64,000 nt of DNA from Candidatus Saccharimonadota bacterium. Its GTDB lineage: Bacteria > Patescibacteriota > Saccharimonadia > Saccharimonadales > JACDBH01. Made by a program: the position numbers and the translations under genes. The notes under the pieces were generated by a model that saw nothing but the letters and a program-made list of their open reading frames with translations, was not told the origin of the DNA and did not search any database. The DNA lies in assembly GCA_028289135.1 (NCBI GenBank), contig JAQGGW010000008.1, positions 34,385 through 98,384 on the forward strand, read 5' to 3'. Positions 46,949 through 56,746 of the stretch are shown in pieces (positions within the stretch are counted from its first letter, which is position 1; each line of letters starts with the position of its first letter).

Positions 46949-49900
46949 TCAGATCTTTCCGCTTGTTAGCAGCTGCATAATAGCGTTGGCATGCTGCTTA
47001 ATAACGCCCGCCGATTGGTCATCGCTCAGTTCAATAAGAATCGATGGGCTGCCGGTCTGTTTGTTAAACCAGGCGTCTAATGAACCGTGCTGGCTGACGG
47101 TCTTGGTCTGCCCTTTTGCTGTCATGTCTTGTCCATGCATACCAACGCTCGCAGCATAGGCGTTTCCAATGTCCACGGAAGTGCCTCCAACCGGCGCGAC
47201 GTAGTTCAGGTTGTCATGGTAGATGGCAAATAGGCTTACTTTGCCGATCGATAACAAGAAACTATCAAGCGCCTTAGTTTCAGGTTCGCTGCCAACAGAG
47301 CTACCTTTATAGAACATGCAGCTTATATTACTTTCAGAGCAACTCTCTGGCGTTCCCCCACCCCAGTTGTAGTCTTCATTGCGGTTTAGATCAACGTTAT
47401 TCTTATTTTTTCTAGCTGCGTTATCTATGCCGTAACCATTGATCTCAGGTATAGCTATAACCCGTACATTACTTGGGAGGGTTGGTTCGTTGTAAAGAAG
47501 ATCCCAAGCTATAAGCCCGCCGCCATTCTCGGTTCCATGTATGCCGCCGCCAATAATAATTGTTTTAATGTTGGCGGTGTCCTTGGCTGCGCGGATATAA
47601 ACCTTTATTGGCTGGCCGGCGCTATTGGTGCCAATCGTTCCGCTGTCGGTTACTGACTTGCCTTGGGCATCTTTGCCGAGTTCCGGTGCCTTGCTCCAGT
47701 CCGCATGCGGGCTTCCTTGGGTCAGAACCGTCACTGGTGTCGCTAGGCCGCCAGAAGGCACTAAGAAGCCATTTAGCCCTGTCGCTGTCGGTCCGGTGTC
47801 GGTTGGGCCTGTTGGTGTTGTGGCGGGTGGTGTTGCCGGTGTGTTTACGGAGGCGCCATCATTAAGACCGCCGTCGTTAGTGTAGCCGCTCGTGTAGCCC
47901 AGGCCGCTCATAACGCGTTGATCAAATATCGCACAGTTATATATAGCGCCAGCAATCTCTTCTTGCGAATCGTCCTTGCCGATCTCGTCGTATACTAATT
48001 TCCAAAATTGGGTACTATCTCTTTCGTTTGCATAAGTTAAATTTGGCCGGATTGCATCTATTACGGACTGTGCTTTGCTGGTTTGCGGTGAACCGGCAAC
48101 TACACCAACAGCATCGACAAGATAATTTGAATCTAAAGGGTCGAGTGTCTGGCATGCGGGCGGAATATCATAGGTGTCTATTCCCGCCCATGCAGCTGGG
48201 TTAAAATCTGATGTCGCAGCATACGTATTCCCATTAGCTACAGATGCGAGCGTTTTTGGTATTATGCTCAGCGAACCAAGGAAGTCATTAAGCCCGTTGC
48301 TAATATTGAAGTTCGTCACACTAAATAACATAGTCGAAAATAAGGACGATGTATTGCTTAGAGATGCGTACTTATCAAATAGTGATTCGTTTGTAGCATG
48401 CTCCTTCGTGTAGGCGGCGGCAAGATTATTTGTATACGCAAGGGTTGCCGGAGTTGATATAACACCTCCACTGCCGCGTGTTGACGCTTCTGCCTGCGCC
48501 GCAGACCCAGCAACAAGAAAGTTGGCAGCGCCACTATCTGGCGAGCCATCATACATAGGTCCTGCCCCTAAGAAAGCCATGGCTTTAGTCATTACATACA
48601 CTACGACTTTCCCAATATTTTTCCCAATACCTGTTGCGTTTAGGATTGCTTTAAACGCGTCAGTTATATGTAGGGCGTTAAACACATCTCCCGCTATACT
48701 TGCGGCAAAATCACCAATACTAACAATAAAATTTGATACCGGATTATCTTTTATAGTATTGACAACAGTGGCAATCGGGCAAATAAGCGCGCAAATTGCA
48801 CTGTCCTGATACGTTTTGGTGAAATCCGCGGCGCGGCTTTCGTTTGGATTGCCGCAAAAGTAATGAATCTTATTTGCTTTCTGTTGCTTAAGCGTCATTT
48901 TACAATATGCAACTTTATTAACATTTGTTTCCGCGGTTAATGCGGCCGCAGAAACACTATTGCCAGCAGTTGGATTGCTTAAATTCATCCAACCTTCTGA
49001 TTGTCCTACGTCATTTAGCGTGCCCATAAGATTGCCGAATTCATCGGCGCTTAATTGTCCTGATTTTCCCTGGTCACGTGCCATACTATAGGTTGCGTAT
49101 ATGGCTGCGAGTTGCGCTAAGCGTGCGTTACGTACGATTTTTGCAAGGGTGCCATTTTTAATAGTATTGCTAATTTTAGCAATTCTTTTTAGCCATCTCC
49201 ACACTTTTGAGAATGTAGAGACAGGATTACTTCCAGCAGCGGCATCTTCCTCCACCTCATCTGTCACCACTTTTTCTACTAGCGTGACGCCTTCATTGCT
49301 TGCTTCAGTGGCTGCTTCATCGGTTATCTGGCTTGTTGCGACGCCATCAGCAACTTTTGCTACGTCACCTGCTAGCTCAGCAGTATCGTCGACTGCGGAA
49401 GCGGGAACGGGATTACCTTTTGCGTCAAGAATGGGATTACCATTTGCGTCAACAGCTGGTTGTGGTTCACCGTCATCCTTTATGCCTGCGGGATCATCCT
49501 GGGCTTTATTGGCTGGATCAGGCTCACCCGAAGCGGCTACGCCCCGCTGGTTAGCTGGGGAGTTTTGATCACCGTTAAAATTGCAAGGCCCACTTCCCAA
49601 AAAACAACCAATATATTGCCCAGCTTTATTATCGGGCAGAATTTTATTTAATATTTTTTTTTGAAGCTCCACCTTTTTTGCCGTAATCTTACTTCTTGTT
49701 GTCTCAAAAAGCTTCCATTTCGTAATGCCAGTCTTGTTCTCGATATCTTTTCTAATATGCCGGCGTTTTAGGACATTGTAAAAGTGCGTCTCGTCTTTTA
49801 CTACCTCTTTCACTGCCTTCCGGGCAGATTTACTGTTTTCAAATATATCTTTCGTTACAATGCTATCCGCTTTTTCTCCTAACTTATTTAAATCTTGTAG

Positions 49901-50788
49901 CGCAGCGTTATCTAGCTTTCCACTTTTTAATTTCGCAATCGTATCGGTAGTCAATCCACTCGATTCAGGATCAAGCTTACTGATCTCCTCCCCATTAAAA
50001 GTGAGTTTTACTGGTCTAAGCGTTGTCGTGCCGTCTGCCGCTCTAATGCTCCCAGCACTAAATGCAATGCCGGTATTCTTCTGCAAATCTCTTTCAAAAC
50101 TACCGGTTCTAAGTGTCCTATACCAGTCACGGATTGGGCTATCGGTATCGACCCTATCGCCTTTAAATAGCATAGTGTCAGAAAAAGATCCGTCAGGATT
50201 TTGTATCTCTGTAAGCCGCATTTTTAAATATGCCTTAAAATATGCATCCGACCGGCCAGAAAAGCTGGCATTAAACCTAGAAAAAGTCTTAACATCAATA
50301 TTTTGCAGAATGTGATCTAACTTAAAAACTGCTAAAAAATTACCAAAAGACGCTATAAAGCCAATACTAAGTGTCGTAAGGCCAATACCCGCTCCAATAA
50401 GCAGCTTGTTGCGGCCGGATGATTTCCCCTTTGTCCCAGCGCTGGCCTTGATTTTGCTCTTTGCTTCTTTATAAAATCCTTCGCCTTCAGAATCCTTATC
50501 TCCATCTTCAGAATTCTTGCTACCTCCATTGCCGGCATCCTCTTCTCTAGCTTTTAAAAACCCAGCGCGTACCTGATCTTTTACGTCATCGGTGTCTGCC
50601 TGATCCCTCTCCTGATCACGTTCACGCAGACCTCTGCGTTTTGTTGTCTCTTCGTCTTCGTCGCCGTCCTCATCTGCTTTTCTGTCACGGTCCATGCTTT
50701 TTCGGGAACCATTATACGAATCGCCTGGCTGCTCCCGGAGAGCATTATCTTCTTGGGCTTCAGGACTCTGGTCATCATACACAGCCAT
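46949..50788 (-). CDS. 1279-aa membrane protein with acidic disordered N-terminus and C-terminal M14 zinc-carboxypeptidase domain
   Basis: TM helix LLIGAGIGLTTLSIGFIASFGNFLAVF after a D/E/K-rich ~130 aa. The C-terminal ~230 aa carry M14 motifs IHGTENGG (HxxE), DLNRN, AIYHD and ILIELSDD. The central ~850 aa are unassigned. Confidence 0.65.
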   Translation of the reverse strand: MAVYDDQSPEAQEDNALREQPGDSYNGSRKSMDRDRKADEDGDEDEETTKRRGLRERDQERDQADTDDVKDQVRAGFLKAREEDAGNGGSKNSEDGDKDSEGEGFYKEAKSKIKASAGTKGKSSGRNKLLIGAGIGLTTLSIGFIASFGNFLAVFKLDHILQNIDVKTFSRFNASFSGRSDAYFKAYLKMRLTEIQNPDGSFSDTMLFKGDRVDTDSPIRDWYRTLRTGSFERDLQKNTGIAFSAGSIRAADGTTTLRPVKLTFNGEEISKLDPESSGLTTDTIAKLKSGKLDNAALQDLNKLGEKADSIVTKDIFENSKSARKAVKEVVKDETHFYNVLKRRHIRKDIENKTGITKWKLFETTRSKITAKKVELQKKILNKILPDNKAGQYIGCFLGSGPCNFNGDQNSPANQRGVAASGEPDPANKAQDDPAGIKDDGEPQPAVDANGNPILDAKGNPVPASAVDDTAELAGDVAKVADGVATSQITDEAATEASNEGVTLVEKVVTDEVEEDAAAGSNPVSTFSKVWRWLKRIAKISNTIKNGTLAKIVRNARLAQLAAIYATYSMARDQGKSGQLSADEFGNLMGTLNDVGQSEGWMNLSNPTAGNSVSAAALTAETNVNKVAYCKMTLKQQKANKIHYFCGNPNESRAADFTKTYQDSAICALICPIATVVNTIKDNPVSNFIVSIGDFAASIAGDVFNALHITDAFKAILNATGIGKNIGKVVVYVMTKAMAFLGAGPMYDGSPDSGAANFLVAGSAAQAEASTRGSGGVISTPATLAYTNNLAAAYTKEHATNESLFDKYASLSNTSSLFSTMLFSVTNFNISNGLNDFLGSLSIIPKTLASVANGNTYAATSDFNPAAWAGIDTYDIPPACQTLDPLDSNYLVDAVGVVAGSPQTSKAQSVIDAIRPNLTYANERDSTQFWKLVYDEIGKDDSQEEIAGAIYNCAIFDQRVMSGLGYTSGYTNDGGLNDGASVNTPATPPATTPTGPTDTGPTATGLNGFLVPSGGLATPVTVLTQGSPHADWSKAPELGKDAQGKSVTDSGTIGTNSAGQPIKVYIRAAKDTANIKTIIIGGGIHGTENGGGLIAWDLLYNEPTLPSNVRVIAIPEINGYGIDNAARKNKNNVDLNRNEDYNWGGGTPESCSESNISCMFYKGSSVGSEPETKALDSFLLSIGKVSLFAIYHDNLNYVAPVGGTSVDIGNAYAASVGMHGQDMTAKGQTKTVSQHGSLDAWFNKQTGSPSILIELSDDQSAGVIKQHANAIMQLLTSGKI

Positions 50789-50792
50789 AAAA

Positions 50793-52712
50793 TTACATTC
50801 CTGGGCTTAAGCGGTTACTAAGATCAATCGTCCCCTGTTGGTTAAAGTCACCCTGTTCAATCGCCGCCACCTGCGCCGGATTCGTTGTAATCAAACTAGT
50901 TTCGGTTGCGCTGGCAATAATCTGGATATGCACGTGGTTTTGGCCGGCAAAGAAAAGCCCTTGGCCAACCGGGAACTGGCTCAAACGCTTCTTTTCTTCG
51001 CTTGTGAGCTTAAAGACATCCGCCAAAACATCCACGGCCGAAGGAGACTGCTTGAGGAGCAATTGCATCGATGCGTTAGCAACAATTGCCCGGCCCATGC
51101 GGGAGCCCATAAAGTCTTCAACGTCCTGGCTAATAGTTGTAATACCCAGGTTATATTTGCGGGCGCGCTTGGCCAAAGAAAAGATAAAGTTAGCCGAATC
51201 TTCGTACTTCATAAGCTGCCAGGCTTCATCAACGATCAAAATGCGCTTTTTCTTGTCGCTCTTGGTCTTGTTCCAGATGTAGTTGAGCACAATGTACATA
51301 GCCACAGGGCGTAATTCATCCTCGAGATCGCGGACATTAAATACCACCATTGGGTTGTTAATGTTGATGTTGCTCTGCTGGCTGAATATGCCCGCAAACG
51401 TACCGCTGGTGTATTTGCGCAGGCGCTGAGCCAATTGCGGACCGGTACCGCCCATGTGAAGCAAGGTGTCATAGAGCTCGGTAATAGTTGGCGGCGGAGA
51501 CTGGTGTGTAAGCGGATCGTTAGTAATACCAGCGCGAGCATATGTTTCGATCAAGGCCGCATCCAGGTCCGACTCCTCGACAGGTGTTAGTGCGGGCTGG
51601 ATAATACCCTGGGCTCCGGAGGCCTGCGAAGCCATCTGCGCCTGCGCTCCGCCCATCATAAGCCGCAGTAGGCCATGCAGAGTAATGAGGTTACTGCGAA
51701 GCGCGTTGTCGGCCTCTTCGGCGTCCACGACTTGCGGCAGGTCAAACGGGTTAATCCGCGTATTAGAACTTAAACTTAGGCGTACATAGGCTCCGCCAAC
51801 CGCGTCACACATCCGCTGGTATTCGTTTTCTGGGTCAATAATAAATATCTCGGTCCCAAACATCAACGAACGCAGTGCTTCAAGCTTTACAGCAAAACTC
51901 TTGCCAGCACCAGACTTCGCAAACACCACCGAGTTGCCGTTTTCCAGACTAAACCTGTCAAACAAAACCAGGCCGGAGTTATGCATGTTAATGCCGTACA
52001 AAATGCCTGTGTCCTGGCTAAGATCCGCGGAAGTAAATGGAAATGAAGTCGAAAGCGCGCCGGTGTTCATGTTGCGGCGGATCTGCAGCTGGTCGACAAA
52101 CTGCGGCAATGTGCTGTTTAGCCCCTGTTCTTGCTGGGCGCTGGCGGGTTTGGAATAAATCAACTGCTGGCCAAGCATCGACTCCACCTTGTGGCTGACA
52201 AATTCCAGCTCGTCCTGTGATTCGCCATAAATTGTAAAATACAGCCCAAAACGGAAGAAACGCTCTTCGCCCACCTGCAGCTTGTCGCGCATTTCCTCGG
52301 CGTCGATGATGCTGGCCTGCTTGCCCGGGTCACGCACCCTGCCCTTTTCGTTGTCAATCTGGATCCCGGCTTCTAGCTGAGACACCTTTTTACGAAGGTT
52401 TTCGAGCACCACCTGGCTTTCAACCGGATAAATAAACATACTGAGATCGATCACTTCGTCCAGGTTAACCATACCGCTCAACCAGCCGGTAAAAATCTGC
52501 CGCGGGTAGCCATACACATAAAAAGTCCGGGCGTAGCGGGTGCCAATCCTAAAAAACCCGCTCTGGAATTCAATGGAGCTTGGCGCGATAAAATCACGTA
52601 GCGCGGTAATACCTTTTTGAAAAGCGCTGCTGACCTCTTGCTCTTCTTGCATGCGCTGGGCTTGGGCAAGCGCTACCGGGTCGGTCATATCCTTTTTTTT
52701 GCCAAACGCCAT
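50793..52712 (-). CDS. virB4: VirB4/TrbE-family type IV secretion ATPase
   Basis: 639 aa with Walker A VFAKSGAGKSF, Walker B RILIVDEAWQL, and TTISQDVEDF. The N-terminal domain ...FIAPSSIEFQSGFFRIGTRYARTFYVYGYP is typical of monoderm VirB4. AAGGAG lies upstream. Confidence 0.85.
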   Translation of the reverse strand: MAFGKKKDMTDPVALAQAQRMQEEQEVSSAFQKGITALRDFIAPSSIEFQSGFFRIGTRYARTFYVYGYPRQIFTGWLSGMVNLDEVIDLSMFIYPVESQVVLENLRKKVSQLEAGIQIDNEKGRVRDPGKQASIIDAEEMRDKLQVGEERFFRFGLYFTIYGESQDELEFVSHKVESMLGQQLIYSKPASAQQEQGLNSTLPQFVDQLQIRRNMNTGALSTSFPFTSADLSQDTGILYGINMHNSGLVLFDRFSLENGNSVVFAKSGAGKSFAVKLEALRSLMFGTEIFIIDPENEYQRMCDAVGGAYVRLSLSSNTRINPFDLPQVVDAEEADNALRSNLITLHGLLRLMMGGAQAQMASQASGAQGIIQPALTPVEESDLDAALIETYARAGITNDPLTHQSPPPTITELYDTLLHMGGTGPQLAQRLRKYTSGTFAGIFSQQSNININNPMVVFNVRDLEDELRPVAMYIVLNYIWNKTKSDKKKRILIVDEAWQLMKYEDSANFIFSLAKRARKYNLGITTISQDVEDFMGSRMGRAIVANASMQLLLKQSPSAVDVLADVFKLTSEEKKRLSQFPVGQGLFFAGQNHVHIQIIASATETSLITTNPAQVAAIEQGDFNQQGTIDLSNRLSPGM

Positions 52713-52734
52713 CAGGTTTTACTCCTTAAATTCA

Positions 52735-53751
52735 TCATGCCGGCAGCTCCTTCTCAAGCTCTGGCTGCGGCGCAAAACCAGCGCCCTTGGTAATTACAGG
52801 CGCGCTTAAATCATTAAAGTTCTTCAGCTTTTGGCGGGTAGCAGTGTCGGGGTTATAGGCGTCATAATAAAGTTCAATCAACTCCTGGGTATCTAGCGGC
52901 AGCCCCTGGACGCCGCACTGCAAAAGCCCGCCCAATGTGGCCTGCACGCGGTTACGCAGCTCGGTTTTGGCGGCTTCCAGGTCAGCCTCATTAATGGTAA
53001 CGTGGACTTCTTTTTTAGAAAAAGACCCTAAGAAATTCGTAACAAAGTTCTTGCTGGCTTCAACTGCCTTCTGGCCGTCAATAACAGGGATAAACGGTAC
53101 CACAACATAAAACTTCTTGTCCATAATGCTGGTCTGCGTGGCCAGGTCGCTCATAAACCCGATGTAGTCTTCCATGAGGAGCGCCAAGAGCATGTTGTCG
53201 TGCTCACTTCGGATTTTATCGAGCTTCTCAATATAAGGCCGCAAATCAACCTTCTGTGAACGGGTAAAGATCTGGATCGGGAAATATAGCGAGTTCAAAA
53301 AGCCTTGGTAGCTATACTCAACCGCTTCACGCTCCTGCGGGCTCATGAGGTCAAAGTTAATGCTTTTAACCATAATCACCGAGCGGAAAGAGCCGTCCTG
53401 CATAATCACAATGCCGTCGCGAATTTCGGCAATCTGCAAAGAGTTCTGGGTGCTGTTGGGGTTGGACTTCGGCGCGGCTGGGCCAGATACGCCCTGTGGT
53501 CCGGCTTGTCCCGGCTGGGCAATCTGCGGGCCATAAGCTTGGGCGTTTTGCGGGTTATACCCCTGCACTCCCGCCTGGAAAGATGGCGCAAACTGGGTCG
53601 CGGCGGCACCGCCTAGATTAGCCGGCTGGATAAAAGGTGTTGGTCCAGCAACAGCTTGGTTGGGGTTATAGTCAGGTGGCCGGGCAGGACCAGCAGAGAC
53701 TGGCACCGGTATATTCGGCAATTGGTTCGGTTGTATACTATTTGGATTCAT
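52735..53751 (-). CDS. hypothetical T4SS-associated protein: Pro/Gln/Gly-rich N-terminus + domain resembling a VirB4 N-terminal domain without ATPase
   Basis: 338 aa. The first ~95 aa are low complexity. Then IAEIRDGIVIMQDGSFRSVIMVKSINFDLMSPQEREAVEYSYQGFLNSL...ELIELYYDAYNP parallels the N-terminal half of the adjacent VirB4. There are no Walker motifs. Confidence 0.5.
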   Translation of the reverse strand: MNPNSIQPNQLPNIPVPVSAGPARPPDYNPNQAVAGPTPFIQPANLGGAAATQFAPSFQAGVQGYNPQNAQAYGPQIAQPGQAGPQGVSGPAAPKSNPNSTQNSLQIAEIRDGIVIMQDGSFRSVIMVKSINFDLMSPQEREAVEYSYQGFLNSLYFPIQIFTRSQKVDLRPYIEKLDKIRSEHDNMLLALLMEDYIGFMSDLATQTSIMDKKFYVVVPFIPVIDGQKAVEASKNFVTNFLGSFSKKEVHVTINEADLEAAKTELRNRVQATLGGLLQCGVQGLPLDTQELIELYYDAYNPDTATRQKLKNFNDLSAPVITKGAGFAPQPELEKELPA

Positions 53752-53801
53752 TATTACCGTTTTCCACCCTCAGAAATTCCCTCAAGATAAACCATTAAAC
53801 G

Positions 53802-55004
53802 TTAATGCAGCGATATCACCACTTCGTCATCCGCTTCGCTAATACGCTGGGCTTGGCGGGCGATCGTTGCCACGTTTAAATCGTCATTATTGGCAAGATT
53901 AAGTATAGCAGGATTAGAGGTAGTTCCGCCAGTTGGCTGGCCAGTCTGATAAGCGTTTTGAACAGGTGTAGCTGGCGGGTACGCCACCCGGGGTAAAATG
54001 CTTGTGTCAACTGCTGGCTGGGCTGCTTGAGGCGCCGTGACCGGGCTAGGCGTCGCCGGAGCCGCTGCAGGTGTGGGTTGCTGGTGGCTAAGCGGCTGCA
54101 GGGTCTTAATATGAGAATTAACCCCTTGCTTTTCCTTGGCTTTCTCGGCCTCAATTTTGGCAATCAACGCCTTCTCGTCGGCTGTTGCCTCAACGATGGC
54201 CGTATCGGCTGAGCCCGGAGCCACCACTTTCGTATTCTGAAAGGTCGAAAGGTTTTCTGGAACGTCCGGTGCCGCGCCGTTTTGCCCATTCAAAAACCAA
54301 TAATCAGCCGGCGGCGTTGCTTGTGCTGCCGGCGCTGCCCGCCCCTGTACAATCTGCCGCGCCAACTGTTGCTGCTGCGCCGCAGAAGCCTGCACCATTT
54401 GGTCCAAATGCTGGGCCGTCAGGTTGTTGCTGGCATCCATAATATCATCTTCCGCCTTAACATCCGTAACCGGCTCGCTTATCAAGGTGCTAGGCGCCAC
54501 AAGCCTGTCGGTGCCGTCGCTAGTGTTTAAATATCCTGGCTGGGCAAACAGGTTAACATCCACGTTTTTAATAGCCCACCCGCGGCTATCCAGCGTGCTA
54601 GCTAGTGCCGTCAACCGGCTTTCTACCTCTGTTTGGTCGAGCCCGTTAGTAAAAACTTTTATTAGTTTTTTGGGCACCGTAATAGTCACCAGCTGGCTGA
54701 GCCCATCTTGGTTCCAAACCCGTACATGCGGCTTTATGAGGAAGCGTATCCGCGCCAAAAGCCAAATATCATTCGGCTGGTCGCGGCTAATCGGCGCCGC
54801 CAAAAATCCAAAAACAATCATTGGCAGCAAAAGCACGATAACAAACGGCCAGCGTACCACGCTCAGCGCCGTTGTTGTAGCAAGCTTAAACTCAATAAAC
54901 CCAATCCCTATTGTAATAATGGCAAAAATAAACTGCTTGAGCGTCAACGGCCCAAGAAGCTTGTCTTCTGCCTCAATATCCTGCAAAACCTTATACGTCG
55001 CCAT
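53802..55004 (-). CDS. PrgI-family (VirB3-like) membrane protein with long Ala/Pro/Gln-rich C-terminal extension
   Basis: MATYKVLQDIEAEDKLLGPLTLKQFIFAIITIGIGFI plus a second TM helix matches the PrgI-family N-terminus common in monoderm/CPR T4SS loci. About 250 extra residues are largely low complexity. Confidence 0.6.
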   Translation of the reverse strand: MATYKVLQDIEAEDKLLGPLTLKQFIFAIITIGIGFIEFKLATTTALSVVRWPFVIVLLLPMIVFGFLAAPISRDQPNDIWLLARIRFLIKPHVRVWNQDGLSQLVTITVPKKLIKVFTNGLDQTEVESRLTALASTLDSRGWAIKNVDVNLFAQPGYLNTSDGTDRLVAPSTLISEPVTDVKAEDDIMDASNNLTAQHLDQMVQASAAQQQQLARQIVQGRAAPAAQATPPADYWFLNGQNGAAPDVPENLSTFQNTKVVAPGSADTAIVEATADEKALIAKIEAEKAKEKQGVNSHIKTLQPLSHQQPTPAAAPATPSPVTAPQAAQPAVDTSILPRVAYPPATPVQNAYQTGQPTGGTTSNPAILNLANNDDLNVATIARQAQRISEADDEVVISLH

Positions 55005-55080
55005 GTCTACCTAAGTATACAGGAAACAGGTTATGGCTGGAACTGGTCGAATGCGTAAGTGACTATCAAGAATTTAAGAA

Positions 55081-56610
55081 CTAATATCCAAGTATCGCCT
55101 GGGCGATCGCCGCCCTGTCAGGACTGGTTGGATCTAAATCCGCTACCATATCAACAACTGTCTGCAAAAGCTCAAGGTTTTCACCGCGGTCGATATATTC
55201 TTTAATACTTTTGGCGAGTGTAATACGCTCCAGTACGGGCAGCTGTGCGCTAATCTGAGCTACTGGAGCATATTTATTAACGGCCGCCGCCGCTTCTTGT
55301 ATTGCCGCCACCGGTTGTGCTTCGGTCGGTTGGGCTGGCGTAGGAGCGTGCCGACCTCTACCAATCAGACCCTGACTGTGCAGCGTAGGCCTGATCCGCT
55401 TTAGGAGTAAATGGTTAACTGCGTCATTGCTAAATGCAGCTTCCAATAAACCCGACTCCATATCGTGTAAATTGCCCTGAACCTCAGTATTAACGGATTC
55501 TAAATCCAAGATTGGTTCAGGATTCTGCTGGACTAATATCTGTACCATAATATCTGCAACTTCATTGTCTGAGTACTTATGACGCGTTTCAAGCAACCCC
55601 TCAATCTTTTGCAATAAAGCCGAAGTGCCTCCACCGTTCTGTGTATTGTCGGCCTCATCTTTGCCGATCTTCTTAACATCCGGCGCAGTACCTGAGTTTA
55701 CGATAAATCGTCCAAGCCGTCCTACGCTCTGATTTGCCGGCTTGCTTAGTTCCGTCAGTATCCCTTGCAAGCCCTTGTCTTCCTTGTCGCCCGGTTTTCC
55801 GTAATTAATTTCCTGGACAAACCTAGCAACTGCTTGCTGTTTGATAGCGGTCGTAATCTTGCCGTCAATTACAATACTGTGAGCGTCAAGGAGATCCTTA
55901 ATCTTGGCGTCTAGCCCCTCGGCACCTTCTTGGTAGTGTGTGCGTAAATGTTCAGTTAATACGTCCTTGATTTCAGTAAGTCGCAGGGTTTTTTCGGCTT
56001 CACTTTCTAAGGCAAAATTAGCACTATCAACTTCATCGGCCTTTGCTTCAATAACGCCCGCATTTGCAGCCATAAACTCTTCGCCGGCCTGTGCACTATC
56101 TTTTTTAAACTGCTCAGTCTTTTCGTTCTTCGCCTTGTCTAATACAGAAGTTTTGTAATCCGCCTGTGCTTTTTTAGTTGCATCCCCAAGCTCAACTTCG
56201 TCTATCTCTCCTGTGGCGACGTTTTTGAATAATAAGTCCAGGATGTCACTATACGTTAGCTTTATATTCTTTATTACTTTTTCTTGGTCTTTACTCAGCT
56301 TAACTCCGCGCAGGCTTTTATCGAGCTGCTTGTTGAGCTCAGCAGAGCTTATGACGGGCCTGGCGTCTGTCATAACTTGCCCGGGTGCTGCAACTCTATC
56401 TCCCGCCACTTCAGCGGGAGCGGTCTGGTCTTCCGAAGCTTCTGGAGCTGCAAGCGCTAAAGTCTCGGGGGCTGGAGGCTCAGTAATAAAAGTCGGCGCT
56501 GGCAGAGCCTCGGGGATTATGGGGGGCAGCCCGGAGCCTTCAGCAAGAGGAGCTGGTATGCCGTTTGCGGGTAATTCTGCGTGTGGGTTGGCTTCGTTTG
56601 AATTTGTCAT
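55081..56610 (-). CDS. hypothetical soluble protein (Pro/Ala-rich N-terminus, helical body)
   Basis: 509 aa with no TM helix or signal peptide and no recognisable family. It is the first gene after an internal terminator. Confidence 0.5.
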   Translation of the reverse strand: MTNSNEANPHAELPANGIPAPLAEGSGLPPIIPEALPAPTFITEPPAPETLALAAPEASEDQTAPAEVAGDRVAAPGQVMTDARPVISSAELNKQLDKSLRGVKLSKDQEKVIKNIKLTYSDILDLLFKNVATGEIDEVELGDATKKAQADYKTSVLDKAKNEKTEQFKKDSAQAGEEFMAANAGVIEAKADEVDSANFALESEAEKTLRLTEIKDVLTEHLRTHYQEGAEGLDAKIKDLLDAHSIVIDGKITTAIKQQAVARFVQEINYGKPGDKEDKGLQGILTELSKPANQSVGRLGRFIVNSGTAPDVKKIGKDEADNTQNGGGTSALLQKIEGLLETRHKYSDNEVADIMVQILVQQNPEPILDLESVNTEVQGNLHDMESGLLEAAFSNDAVNHLLLKRIRPTLHSQGLIGRGRHAPTPAQPTEAQPVAAIQEAAAAVNKYAPVAQISAQLPVLERITLAKSIKEYIDRGENLELLQTVVDMVADLDPTSPDRAAIAQAILGY

Positions 56611-56700
56611 AACTAATCACTATATTAGCATAGTTTTGCTAATTAAGCAATAGCATTATGATTCAATCTTACCTTCTTTTATTCTTCTGAACTTAAAAAA

Positions 56701-56725
56701 AGACAGCCCATAGACCAGGCTGTCT
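56701..56725 (-). terminator. intrinsic terminator inside the T4SS-like cluster
   Basis: On the minus strand AGACAGCC-TGGTCTATG-GGCTGTCT (a perfect 8-bp stem) is followed directly by TTTTTTT. It lies 21 nt after the stop of 56747..58333. Confidence 0.7.
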
Positions 56726-56746
56726 TACTGATTTAATACAGAAAGT

